DNA of 64,000 nt from Candidatus Rifleibacteriota bacterium (lineage in GTDB: Bacteria > Muiribacteriota > Ozemobacteria > Ozemobacterales > Ozemobacteraceae). Positions within the stretch are counted from its first letter, which is position 1, and each line of letters opens with the position of its first letter. The notes under the pieces are model-generated. The model was not told where the DNA came from. It saw only the letters and a program-made list of their open reading frames with translations, and did no database searches. Location: contig JADFZL010000004.1 in the NCBI GenBank assembly GCA_015232575.1, positions 14,381 through 78,380 of the forward strand. Direction: 5' to 3'. Positions 1-9,548 of the stretch are shown here, in pieces. The position numbers and the translations under genes are program-made.

Positions 1-1
1 T

Positions 2-184
2 CATTGCTGGGAAGCCCGCGCTGAATACAACCATGACCGCAAGGAATTCTGGATCGAGTTCTATATGAAGTCTTACCCGGACAGCACTGGAAGATTCAGA
101 TATGGTGCCGATACGAACAGACTGGAAGCAAAACTTGCGGCATTTGATCAAATGACCCAGAGATACGACCAGTACAACCGCTAA
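2..184 (+). CDS. 3' end of a gene that starts upstream of the window (the visible fragment ends ...RYDQYNR*); product unknown
   Basis: Open frame 2 runs from the window edge to a TAA at 182-184. No start codon lies inside the window. The fragment is too short for the ORF track. Confidence 0.3.
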   Translation, partial: HCWEARAEYNHDRKEFWIEFYMKSYPDSTGRFRYGADTNRLEAKLAAFDQMTQRYDQYNR

Positions 185-212
185 CCGCGACAAGAAAAGA
201 CAAGATTTTTGT

Positions 213-517
213 CCGCAGATTACGCAGATTATGCAGATTTTCAAGCTTTAAGCTTAAAGAAGATAAAGAGATTAAAAAGATTAAAGGAGATTGTAGTAAT
301 GTTGCTGAGCAGATATAAAAAACACGATTTTCTCTCAGTTTTTCTCTGTGCCTCTGCGTGAGATATATCTTTTCTTCAGCAGCGTGCTACAGTGTCGATT
401 AAAGGGCACTGGGGTGTGAAATAAATCATCCATATCTCATCTTTAATCTTAATCTGCGAAATCTGTGTAATCTGCGGATAGCTTTTTCTTTTATCTTGAA
501 TCTTGAATCTTTACATC
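213..517. repeat. Intergenic repeat, copy 1. Inverted 27-nt arms sit at 213-239 (ccgcagattacgcagattatgcagatt) and 452-478 (aatctgcgaaatctgtgtaatctgcgg). Phased AGATT/AATCT pentamers run on both sides. An internal block reads ttttctctgtgcctctgcgtgagat..cttttcttc.
   Basis: Direct comparison with 41880-42140 and 48354-48420. The same arms, the same flanking aaaagacaaga and the same AATCTT runs recur. Confidence 0.6.
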
Positions 518-537
518 AATTTAAGAAAATGTTGATT

Positions 538-2370
538 TTATTTCGTGCCGATTGGTGGATATGGTTGCGACGATGGCGTCGAAGATGTCTGGTCGGGCGG
601 AGTTGCGGATGCATCAGCAGATTTCTTTTTATCATCTGGAATAAGCGGTGGATATGGCTGCGTACTCTGCGTTGAACCGTGGGTATGTGCATCGCCGCAG
701 GCGCCGTCAAATCTTTCCTCGCCTTCTTCTTTTATCAGAACAAGTTCTTCTGAATCAGGGCTCTTCTCAAACCACTGATCAATTCTCTTTTCAAAAGCTT
801 TCAGAAATGCATCAACGCAAATTGGATCAAACTGCCTTCCAGAGAATTTCTTAAGTTCTTCAAGAGCAACATCAATACTGAGCCCTTTTCGATAAGGTCG
901 GTTGGAAGTCATTGCATCAAAAGCGTCAGCAACGCAGATTATTCGGCCTATAAGAGGAATTTCTTCTGCTTTGAGATGCGCAGGATATCCGCGTCCATCA
1001 AAATATTCGTGGTGGTGAAGAACTCCAGGTATTTTATCTGCAAGAAAATCAACCGGCTTGAGAATTTCTGCACCAATTACCGGATGCCGCTTGATCATTG
1101 TATATTCTTCGTCCGTCAGGCGTTCAGGTTTTCCGATAATGCTGTCTTTTATTCCGATTTTTCCAACGTCATGAAGAAGTCCGGCATATTTGATATTTTC
1201 AATCTCTTTCTTTTCCAGAAGCATTTCTTCTGCTATTGCAACAGAATAATTTGTAACACGTCTTGAATGACCGTGAGTATAAGGATCTTTGGCGTCTATA
1301 GCCGTTGCCAGAACGTCAACCGTAGAAAGATAAACGTTTTGAATGTATTTGTACAATCCGGCAATGTTTTCATATAGTCTGGCATTGTCAATTGCTGATA
1401 CAGCCTGGTTTGCAACAGCCTGCAGCATTTCAACATCGTGTTCATTGAATGGAATATCGCCGGTGCGGTTTAATACCTGAAGAACGCCGACAACTTCATC
1501 TTTCAGACACATTGGAACGCAAATCATTGACTTTGTTATGAAGCCTGAATTCTTGTCGGCCTGTTTAAAAAACCTTGGATCAGTCGATGTATCAGGGACA
1601 ATAACAGGTTTATTTTCTTTTGCACACCATCCCGAAAGGCCGGTTCCCATGGGAAGCCTTATTTCCTTGAGCTTGGCACCAACTTTCGCATCTCCCTGAA
1701 CTATGTGAAAATATAGTTCGTTTGTTACCTTATCAACAAGATAAACGGTTGAAGTCTCACAGCGCATTACTTTTGTTGCCATTCCCATGATTTTGTTGAG
1801 AAGTTGGTTAAGATCAAGAGTTGAGGATATTGCTTCACCAACTTGCAGCAAGGTTGTAAGCTCTGCCATTTGAAGCTTGATAAGCTCAATTTCCATGAAT
1901 CTGGAAATTGCGTCGCCTGCCATATCACGGAAAATAGGCAAATATTGCGCGCTTTCACCGGAATCAGAACCGTGAGTAAGTATCATAGCGCCAAACGATG
2001 ACTCAGCAGGTCCTATTGGAACAAATGAATACGGAGTTCCATTTCTGGATTCAACTTCTTCGCGGCTGATCGGAAGAGAATTTATTTTGGCATCGGCAAA
2101 CTTTTTGCACATTGATGCGAGGAAATTAGCATCACACCCATCATTGAATCTTACTCGCGCAGTTTTTATTGCGGCATCATAAAATATCAGCGCAAATCCT
2201 CTTTTCCCTGATAATTGATATGCCGTTTTACTTAAAATGGCAAGAAGAGCATCAGTGTCATTGCCGTGCGCAAGAATAGACTTCTGAGCTTCGTAGAAGA
2301 CCCGAATGGTCTCAAGATTTAAATTTTCGGCACTAGACAACCTTTTGCTCCAGATATTTCCTGAAATCAA
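538..2370 (-). CDS. GAF-domain and HD-GYP-domain protein (c-di-GMP phosphodiesterase family), with a Pro/Ser/Thr-rich low-complexity C-terminal tail
   Basis: HD motif LLHDVGKIGIKDSII and HHEYFDGRGYP (the GYP signature). GAF-like regions lie upstream. The tail is ...PYPPLIPDDKKKSADASATPPDQTSSTPSSQPYPPIGTK. Confidence 0.85.
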   Translation of the reverse strand: MISGNIWSKRLSSAENLNLETIRVFYEAQKSILAHGNDTDALLAILSKTAYQLSGKRGFALIFYDAAIKTARVRFNDGCDANFLASMCKKFADAKINSLPISREEVESRNGTPYSFVPIGPAESSFGAMILTHGSDSGESAQYLPIFRDMAGDAISRFMEIELIKLQMAELTTLLQVGEAISSTLDLNQLLNKIMGMATKVMRCETSTVYLVDKVTNELYFHIVQGDAKVGAKLKEIRLPMGTGLSGWCAKENKPVIVPDTSTDPRFFKQADKNSGFITKSMICVPMCLKDEVVGVLQVLNRTGDIPFNEHDVEMLQAVANQAVSAIDNARLYENIAGLYKYIQNVYLSTVDVLATAIDAKDPYTHGHSRRVTNYSVAIAEEMLLEKKEIENIKYAGLLHDVGKIGIKDSIIGKPERLTDEEYTMIKRHPVIGAEILKPVDFLADKIPGVLHHHEYFDGRGYPAHLKAEEIPLIGRIICVADAFDAMTSNRPYRKGLSIDVALEELKKFSGRQFDPICVDAFLKAFEKRIDQWFEKSPDSEELVLIKEEGEERFDGACGDAHTHGSTQSTQPYPPLIPDDKKKSADASATPPDQTSSTPSSQPYPPIGTK

Positions 2371-2664
2371 TTACTTCTTTCAAAAGTAAATCCCTAAAAT
2401 GTGTTCCAGTAAATTTATACCACAAGTATAACAAAAAGACACGATTCAAATGAAAGATTACAAAAAATATTTTACCATGATCTCAATATTTTTTCAGCTT
2501 TCTTTTTAAAGTAAACAAGAATATGCCGAAAACAGCTGCTTATAACCTACAGAAAGGTTTGTGAAAAAAATCGCATAAAGTTTTTCAGCGAAGAAGAACA
2601 TATATTCTGTGTATCAACATTGATGAGAAGAGAGTTTCAGAAAATATTTTTCCCATAGATTTTA

Positions 2665-3441
2665 TTATAACATACTCCCCGAAATTTTCAGATCAGATAT
2701 TCCTTTTTTTTCATCAAGTGAAAAAGACAAATATTCGGAAATGATTTTCCCTGTCGGAGGCGTGTATTCTATGTGATTTTTTTCGTGGAATTTTTGCCAC
2801 CAGTCTTCCGGATTCCATCCACAAATGTTCTTTTCACATCCGATTGTACCGATGTCTAGCGCAAAAAATCTTTCCGGAGATTTCTCAAGCAGATTAGCTG
2901 AATTTCCCATTCCCACTCCTGTAATAAATATTCGGTGCGGCAAATTTCCCAAATACCATGCGATAGCTTTTTTCAATGGAATGTCTGTTCCGGAGATGAA
3001 AACGAAAATTGGATAGTCATCCTGTTTTGATCCAATCCAATTAACAAAAACCTTTACCGGATCATCTGAAGGCTGGCGATCATTTGGAGTTGAAAGAGCG
3101 GCAATCCAGAACTTTGTTCCTTCATGCTCATGCAGAACTGCGCCTGCTCCTGGTGCTTTTCCAGGTAAATTCAGCGGTCTGACGAACATCTGCGGGTAAC
3201 TGTTCAAATAATCTCGTACAGCAGATCTTATTACGGCGTTTTCTCCGAGAATAACTGCATTTAACCCAGAATCAAACAAACTATCAAAGAAACCTTTTAT
3301 ATCAGGCTCTGTTAAAAGAATTTTATTTAGAAAAACAGTTATGAACGGAGAACCGGAACTGCGCAATCTCTTTAACCAGGCGCGAAGTGTTCCATAAGGA
3401 AGTTGGTGAAGTAATTCACTTAAAAAAAGGAAGTCAGCCAT
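2665..3441 (-). CDS. Hypothetical protein, 258 aa; no family recognised
   Basis: Long ORF with coherent codon usage. It is flanked by co-directional genes. Confidence 0.55.
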   Translation of the reverse strand: MADFLFLSELLHQLPYGTLRAWLKRLRSSGSPFITVFLNKILLTEPDIKGFFDSLFDSGLNAVILGENAVIRSAVRDYLNSYPQMFVRPLNLPGKAPGAGAVLHEHEGTKFWIAALSTPNDRQPSDDPVKVFVNWIGSKQDDYPIFVFISGTDIPLKKAIAWYLGNLPHRIFITGVGMGNSANLLEKSPERFFALDIGTIGCEKNICGWNPEDWWQKFHEKNHIEYTPPTGKIISEYLSFSLDEKKGISDLKISGSML

Positions 3442-3460
3442 ATTCAGGAATTATAGCACA

Positions 3461-4966
3461 TCAGTATAATGCATTCCAACTGAAAAAAAGTGTTTTCTCA
3501 ATTATGTCATTCACTTCATAAAGTGAGTGAATTTCTTTATTATCCTGATAACCCAGCTCCAGGGAATTGTATTTGTCTAATCTCTTTTCCAGCGACGTTT
3601 TCCAGAGATGTTCCACACGGGAAGAATAGAATAAATTTTCATAATCAAGAAAATCCCAGTCATTCCATTCTGTTTTGAGGTGGAAGATAAAACTGTCTGT
3701 CAGGAGATAGAAAAAATCAAGAGCTGCGTAAAAATGGTCTGAATCAGAATAAAAAATGCGCGGAAAGCCATATCTGATCTGTGACTCCTTCAAAAATAAA
3801 TTTATTCCGGTGCTGTCCTGAAAATAATCGCTCTCCCAGGTTAATGAATTGATTCTGAAATCCTGTTCTTTTCTGTTTACGTGTCCATATTGCTCATTTG
3901 AAAATACACATGAATGAAGAATTCTTTTCCTGGGTGAGTTTGTCAATCCAAGTGTAAATCTGTTGAAACTGTGGTCAAAAAGATAATGCTGTTCACTTTC
4001 CCGACTGTGCTTTCTCTGATACCAGGTATCTTCAAGAATCAGATCTGTCTGGAAATTTATCTGATAATTTCCCGAAAAAGTCAGTGATGGCTGGTAATAT
4101 CCATTGTCTATCTGAGTTCTTTTTCTGGTTCGTACATCACTTGTTAGTCTCAGGGAAATATCGCCGTGTATCGGCTCAGCAAGATATTTTGCCTTTTCAT
4201 CAAGATCATTCGGATTTCTCGACCAGTTGGTGTAGTAATCAACTGCTTTTCCAGTATTCATTCCAGTTGGAGTTTTTCGAAAAGTTGACCGGTTGCCGCG
4301 CACGGAACTGCCGACTGGCCTGTAGTTAAATTTTTCTGGAACCAGAGTGAAAATATTTAATATGAACGCGCCTTCCTGATAGTCTAACGATCTGTCATTC
4401 GGAAACAACCGCTCTTCGTAACCACCTTCAGCTATTATTCCTGAATTGTTGTTAATGCGATGGTTGAAGGAAGCTTTTCCTATATTTGAGTCGAAATCAT
4501 ACCAGTTATCAAGAGGGAGTCTGTAGATGTTGTTCAACCAGGCGATTTCAAGAACATCTCTGCTTCCGATTGCCTGACCGAATTTTGCAGAAAAGAAATG
4601 ATCTGTTAAGCGGTATTTGCGGGTATCAGTTGAAAAGGAGTAATAATCTTCTGACTTGAACGCCTGAACATTAACATTTTCATGGAAATCGATATAGTTG
4701 CTTTCAGAAAAATCATATTTTAGTCTCAAATCAAACTTGTTTTCACTTCCGGCAAAACTTTTATCGTATTCTAATTTCTTCGTATTCCATGTTCCGGTTG
4801 CATTCGGATAAAACAATTCTCCGTAATTTCTGTAAGTGCTTTCTGTTATTGTTTTTGATTCATAATCTACTTTAAAATCAGCTTTTCCAGCATTTGTCCT
4901 TGCAGGGAACAGATAGCAGGCTGACAAACACACAACCATAAAAAAGAAATAAAATCGTAATTTCAT
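3461..4966 (-). CDS. Hypothetical secreted or outer-membrane protein, probably a beta-barrel
   Basis: N-terminal signal peptide MKLRFYFFFMVVCLSACYLFPARTNA. Aromatic-rich amphipathic composition with an aromatic C-terminus. Confidence 0.6.
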   Translation of the reverse strand: MKLRFYFFFMVVCLSACYLFPARTNAGKADFKVDYESKTITESTYRNYGELFYPNATGTWNTKKLEYDKSFAGSENKFDLRLKYDFSESNYIDFHENVNVQAFKSEDYYSFSTDTRKYRLTDHFFSAKFGQAIGSRDVLEIAWLNNIYRLPLDNWYDFDSNIGKASFNHRINNNSGIIAEGGYEERLFPNDRSLDYQEGAFILNIFTLVPEKFNYRPVGSSVRGNRSTFRKTPTGMNTGKAVDYYTNWSRNPNDLDEKAKYLAEPIHGDISLRLTSDVRTRKRTQIDNGYYQPSLTFSGNYQINFQTDLILEDTWYQRKHSRESEQHYLFDHSFNRFTLGLTNSPRKRILHSCVFSNEQYGHVNRKEQDFRINSLTWESDYFQDSTGINLFLKESQIRYGFPRIFYSDSDHFYAALDFFYLLTDSFIFHLKTEWNDWDFLDYENLFYSSRVEHLWKTSLEKRLDKYNSLELGYQDNKEIHSLYEVNDIIEKTLFFSWNALY

Positions 4967-5324
4967 TTTGCTGCTTTCTGATTAATAAATTAATTGCCGA
5001 TAACATCATTCATATTCGAAAGTACACAATGCCCTGCAAAGAGGTTGATATGCATCATAAAATGTGTTTGACCGGCGAGAGGGGGCGTGTGCCCCCTCTA
5101 AAAAATATGCCTCTCTAAAAAATATCGTCTTGCTCTTCATCTTTGTCCGGTCCAAAAGGAGAATGATTTGAATCGAAAAGCGGATACCTTTCCTTGATGA
5201 AAGCAATGAAATCAAGAAGAGAAGCGGAATAATCACTCCAGACTGGTTTCCATTCAGAATTCTTCATACTCCCTCCTGCACTGAAATGAAAATTAATACT
5301 ATCGTTACAATACAAACCTAGAAT

Positions 5325-8018
5325 TTAACCAGCTTTCAGAGTCGACAATGCTTTTTCAACACATTCGACTTCTTCAAGTGGAACAGGGTTTTTCAGATAA
5401 TTTCGCAGAATTTCTTCTGCTCCCTTGAGATTCTGCTCAGCGATTGCAGATATAGCGCTTTTCCTGATCAGTTGTTCCGGATCATTGAGCAAGCCTTTCA
5501 AGATAGTCTGTGCCCATGGAAACTTGATTGATTTAAGTACGAATACGGCTGAATCCCTCATGGGAACCTGAGAATCCTCAGCCATAAGCTTAATATTCTT
5601 GTCTGCCTGGGGAATCTTCCACTTATGAAGTGCCTTGAGGGCGTTTCCTCTTATTCGGTTGTCAGTATCATTAATAAAAATCATAAGGTGATTTATTGCT
5701 TCCGAATCATCATTTGTTTCGAGTGCTTCTATTGCGTTGGCACGAGTTCTTGAATTCTGGTGAGACAGAAATTTAATAAGTACTGGAGTAAGCAATCTTG
5801 ATTTGAGATTTCCAATGAATTTTAACACTGTTGACAAAGTCTGTGGTGGAAGGTTTCTTTCAAGATATGTTTTCCAAACGGGAACTTCTGCCGCTGAAGA
5901 CTGCTTGATCAGCGCTTGAATTAAATCAAACGATACCTCATCTGGAAGCTCTGAAATCCTGTCTGCAAGAGGAGTAATATTCTCTTTACTTTCGACTTCA
6001 CTCTTAATTCCAGAAGGAACTTTGTCAGAAACCTTTTTAGGAGTTTCAAATTCGATGCCAGCTGCCACATAGAACTTCCGGCATTTTATTCCGACCTCTC
6101 TGACATGATTTCTGGCTTTTTCAGCCCAATATCTGTCAGGAGATTTTCCTTCAGTAATTATTTCAGTGAGAACTTTTTCAATCAGCTCAAAACCCTGCGA
6201 ACTGAAGTTTCCACGCTCAATGAGTTTTCCCATCTCAGTAATTCGGCCATCACCCTTAGCTTTTCCAATTCTTTCCAGAGTAAGCTTTTCTTCTTCTGCG
6301 AGTTCCTTATCTACATCAGAAAAAATGCTGTTGAAGGAAACCTGAACATCTGTTTTTTTGTTTATCAGTCTTGAAATAAACTCTTCTTCAAATCTTCCCG
6401 CTGCAATATATCCTTTACATATTTTCTGAAATACACTTTCTGATTTGGAAATTTCCCATAACCGCATGAGAAGATTCAGTGTCTCCTGAGCAAATTCAGC
6501 CGAAGGACGCCCGAGATAGGCATCTTTGAGCAATTCAACCATTGCAGAATCATCTGGAAACTCTTCAAGATATCTTTTCAAAACCACGTCAAACGAGTAG
6601 CGAATATTCTTGCTTTCTTTGACATAATCTCCAAATTGCTTCAGAGTGTCTTTGTCATGGCTGTGAATCAGACAAAACCCTGCAACCGTCTCTGCCTGCC
6701 TGGCATTCCATGATTTTTGCTGCAGGTAATGCCTGCCCAGCATTTCTGTTGCTAACTTGTTTTTCGGGGAGAGATCAAGAAGCGTCAGAGAATATCTCTC
6801 CGCTTTTGGAAAGTTCTTTGATTTAAAAGCAGCTTCAGTGAGCATTTCAAGATGGGCAATTCTTTCATCTTTTTCAAGAAATACTCCAAGCTTTTTTTCA
6901 AGTCTTGCCAATGCACGCGCTGGAAATTTGTTCATCAAAAACCTGATAAAATGCATGTCCAGCATTTCGAGGAATCCAAAAAATACAGTAAAAAGGAAAC
7001 CAACAACAGTTATTCCGATCAAAATCAGAACGGCTGTCATTATTCTGCGTTTTGTTTTCTGTTCAAAAGTTTTTCTGGCTAGAACAAGCGTTGGGTGCTT
7101 GGGAGAAACTGATGCAGCCAGATCCATATACTTTAGAGCTTCTTTTTCATTGCTTTTCTTTATAGCTTCAAGTGCCTGTATCATTTGTCCCCAGAATGAT
7201 TTTGGATTCTGTAAAAGAAGCATTTTTGCCTGTTCAGAAACATTCTCTGAAGGAATACGGTCTAAAAAGTAATCGCACGCGAATGACATCTCAAGGAGTT
7301 TCAAACTGTATTTTTCATTTTCTGAAAAATGCGGATTCTGATTAAGACAAACTCTTAAGGCGCCCCAGTCTTCTTTTTCGAAAAGCTCCAGTGCAGTTTT
7401 CCACTTCTCTGCAACACTTCCCTTGGATAGACGCAGATGATGCTCAATTGATAAGAGCCGTTGTTTTTGATCGCGGGTTGCACTATTCATTGCAATGAGC
7501 TTTTTAATTATTTCAGACTCAGTCGCCAGATCTCGCTCTGACTCAGCTTTTTGTAACTTCTGGTTCAATTCGATAACAATAGCATCATTTGGTGAAGATA
7601 ATTTTGGTTCATTTACTGTTTCGGGAGGTGGCTGCTGCAAATCAGCAGGTTTTTGAGGAAGGGTTTCCGCAGGCAAAACCCCGGTTGTTGAAGAGTTAAA
7701 TCCAACCATCTGCGGGGTTTCCAGATTAACCGTAGAAGATCCAGTTTTTGCAGGTATATTGGTGACTACATTTGCTGAAACAGATGCTGTAGCTGTTGCA
7801 GGAGAATCTGGAATATTTTCTGGCGTTTTTGCCGGAGAGACTGCAGGTTTCACTTTTTCTGTTTTACTTGTTTTAGCGGAAGTCTTTGTAGTCTTTCCTT
7901 TCTTAGAGGTTTTCTTTGCAGCTTCTAATTCGGCTCCAGAATAAAAAAATACAAGACAAAAAGCCGCCAATGCAGCTTTTGCAATTGCTTGAAAATAAAA
8001 ACGTTTTAATTTTGTCAT
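5325..8018 (-). CDS. Large envelope protein. Signal peptide, lysine-rich low-complexity N-terminal region, TPR-like helical region, one central transmembrane helix and C-terminal HEAT/PBS-lyase-like repeats. Paralog of 59042-63331.
   Basis: Signal peptide AKAALAAFCLVFFYSGA. Transmembrane helix IMTAVLILIGITVVGFLFTVFFGFL. HEAT-like repeats SRTRANAIEALE and DTDNRIRGNALKAL. The C-terminal 200 aa align to the end of the 1429-aa protein. Confidence 0.7.
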   Translation of the reverse strand: MTKLKRFYFQAIAKAALAAFCLVFFYSGAELEAAKKTSKKGKTTKTSAKTSKTEKVKPAVSPAKTPENIPDSPATATASVSANVVTNIPAKTGSSTVNLETPQMVGFNSSTTGVLPAETLPQKPADLQQPPPETVNEPKLSSPNDAIVIELNQKLQKAESERDLATESEIIKKLIAMNSATRDQKQRLLSIEHHLRLSKGSVAEKWKTALELFEKEDWGALRVCLNQNPHFSENEKYSLKLLEMSFACDYFLDRIPSENVSEQAKMLLLQNPKSFWGQMIQALEAIKKSNEKEALKYMDLAASVSPKHPTLVLARKTFEQKTKRRIMTAVLILIGITVVGFLFTVFFGFLEMLDMHFIRFLMNKFPARALARLEKKLGVFLEKDERIAHLEMLTEAAFKSKNFPKAERYSLTLLDLSPKNKLATEMLGRHYLQQKSWNARQAETVAGFCLIHSHDKDTLKQFGDYVKESKNIRYSFDVVLKRYLEEFPDDSAMVELLKDAYLGRPSAEFAQETLNLLMRLWEISKSESVFQKICKGYIAAGRFEEEFISRLINKKTDVQVSFNSIFSDVDKELAEEEKLTLERIGKAKGDGRITEMGKLIERGNFSSQGFELIEKVLTEIITEGKSPDRYWAEKARNHVREVGIKCRKFYVAAGIEFETPKKVSDKVPSGIKSEVESKENITPLADRISELPDEVSFDLIQALIKQSSAAEVPVWKTYLERNLPPQTLSTVLKFIGNLKSRLLTPVLIKFLSHQNSRTRANAIEALETNDDSEAINHLMIFINDTDNRIRGNALKALHKWKIPQADKNIKLMAEDSQVPMRDSAVFVLKSIKFPWAQTILKGLLNDPEQLIRKSAISAIAEQNLKGAEEILRNYLKNPVPLEEVECVEKALSTLKAG

Positions 8019-8258
8019 TCAAAAAAGTCCCCTTTTTTTGATGCTCCCATCTATATTGTAATCGGTAAAACAGGATTTATTATGAATTAATTTTTCACAG
8101 GCTGTCATAATATTAAAAAAAAATCATTTTCACTGATTGAAATTTTATTTTGTTATGACGATGAACTGACGGAAGACTAAACTAAAATGATCTCTCTGGG
8201 GAATTCTAACTCATAGTAAAAACGCTGGGACATAAATTAATTTTCAGGAGATTGCCGC

Positions 8259-9470
8259 TTGTCGCGCTTTATTGAATTCAATCAGAAGCTTTATTTCCGT
8301 TTCTGTCAGTTATCAGCGGCAATTTTAATGATACTGGTGGCAGAATTGTTTTTTTGTCCGGAAATAATATATGCAGGAATCAAACAGGAAAATAAGATTG
8401 AACGGGAAGAGAAGAATACGAGTTCTGATTTCTCTTTCTACAGGGAAAAATCTGTACAATCAGTAATTTATACTCATACAACGCCATTTCTTCGCAATGA
8501 ATTCAATTTCAGACATGTTTCTTACAAGTTTATTCCAGCGCCATGGTTTTTTCTTCCCGCACCCGAACAGCACACTACTTCTAATCAGCTTTGGCAGGCA
8601 TCTTTCAGCGGATATAATCTTACAGCTCCAATAGAATTCAAGGTTGGAAGAATATGGGCTGGAAACGAAACCTACAGGCCTGTAGACGGAGGATTCTTCG
8701 AATATAAGTGGGGTAACAGACTTTCATCAAACTTTCTTGTCGGAAAATCAGCTGCTGTAGATAATACTGCCAATCTATCTTATCCTGCAGTGTTTGAGGG
8801 ACAGTTGCGATATCGCTTTAATGAAAATGCTTTTCTCACGGCGGGAACCGGCCAGAGACAGGATAATTCTCATTCTATAGTGCAGATGGGCTATTCCATG
8901 GATGTTTTCAGGGTTATTGGCGAGTATAAAACTCATCAGGCATCAGAAACTTGGGGACTGAATCTGCATTACTTTACTTCACGCAAAATGGATCTAATTG
9001 GCAGTTATCGGCTTGAAGAAGGGCATGGTGTTAAGAATGGCAATATGCGTGCACTTCTTGGCTATGATATGGGGAAAGTATATCTGGAGGGCGGAACAGG
9101 TCTAAAATTTGAACCCGGACAACTTAGAAAGGAGAACAACAGCTACTACGAAAGTTCTATTACCTGGGGGCAGCCTAATCTAGGATTAGATGGAATCACT
9201 CTCGGATATCTCTTCGAACGTGGAAATGCCTCTGCAGCGCGTACGATCACTGGAACAGCAGAAAAGAGAGTTTCAAAGCAGACAAGAATAATTGTTGATT
9301 TATCAAACACAAGATTTGAAGACAGCGGAGAAAGTCTGCAGAATATAGATAGTCGTCTCTGGAGGAAAGTTGAATGGGGATTCTATGAACTTTCGTTCGG
9401 ATTTATCACCGGTTCAACTGTTGAATCACTCCAGAAAGAAGCAAAAATTAGAGCAAGTATGGAATTTTAA
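8259..9470 (+). CDS. Hypothetical outer-membrane or secreted beta-rich protein. It uses a TTG start with AGGAG 9 nt upstream.
   Basis: Hydrophobic N-terminus. Gly/Tyr/Asn-rich beta-strand-like composition ending ...ASMEF. It sits 79 bp upstream of the adenylation-ACP-reductase operon. Confidence 0.5.
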   Translation: MSRFIEFNQKLYFRFCQLSAAILMILVAELFFCPEIIYAGIKQENKIEREEKNTSSDFSFYREKSVQSVIYTHTTPFLRNEFNFRHVSYKFIPAPWFFLPAPEQHTTSNQLWQASFSGYNLTAPIEFKVGRIWAGNETYRPVDGGFFEYKWGNRLSSNFLVGKSAAVDNTANLSYPAVFEGQLRYRFNENAFLTAGTGQRQDNSHSIVQMGYSMDVFRVIGEYKTHQASETWGLNLHYFTSRKMDLIGSYRLEEGHGVKNGNMRALLGYDMGKVYLEGGTGLKFEPGQLRKENNSYYESSITWGQPNLGLDGITLGYLFERGNASAARTITGTAEKRVSKQTRIIVDLSNTRFEDSGESLQNIDSRLWRKVEWGFYELSFGFITGSTVESLQKEAKIRASMEF

Positions 9471-9548
9471 ATAAATTATTTTCTTGTCTTTACTGTTAAA
9501 AATTGGTTAAATGTTCTTAACACATAAAATTGGAGTCGAGAGAGAAAT

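Noticed and set aside
5078-5099. GC hairpin considered as a rho-independent terminator for gene 5325-8018
   Set aside because: The T-run precedes rather than follows the stem in the minus-strand transcript, and an A-run follows it on the plus strand.
5006-5315. Two overlapping small minus-strand ORFs (66 and 76 aa) in the spacer between 3461-4966 and 5325-8018
   Set aside because: They overlap each other, show no motifs and contain the GC hairpin. They cannot be distinguished from chance ORFs. One of them could still be a genuine small protein.
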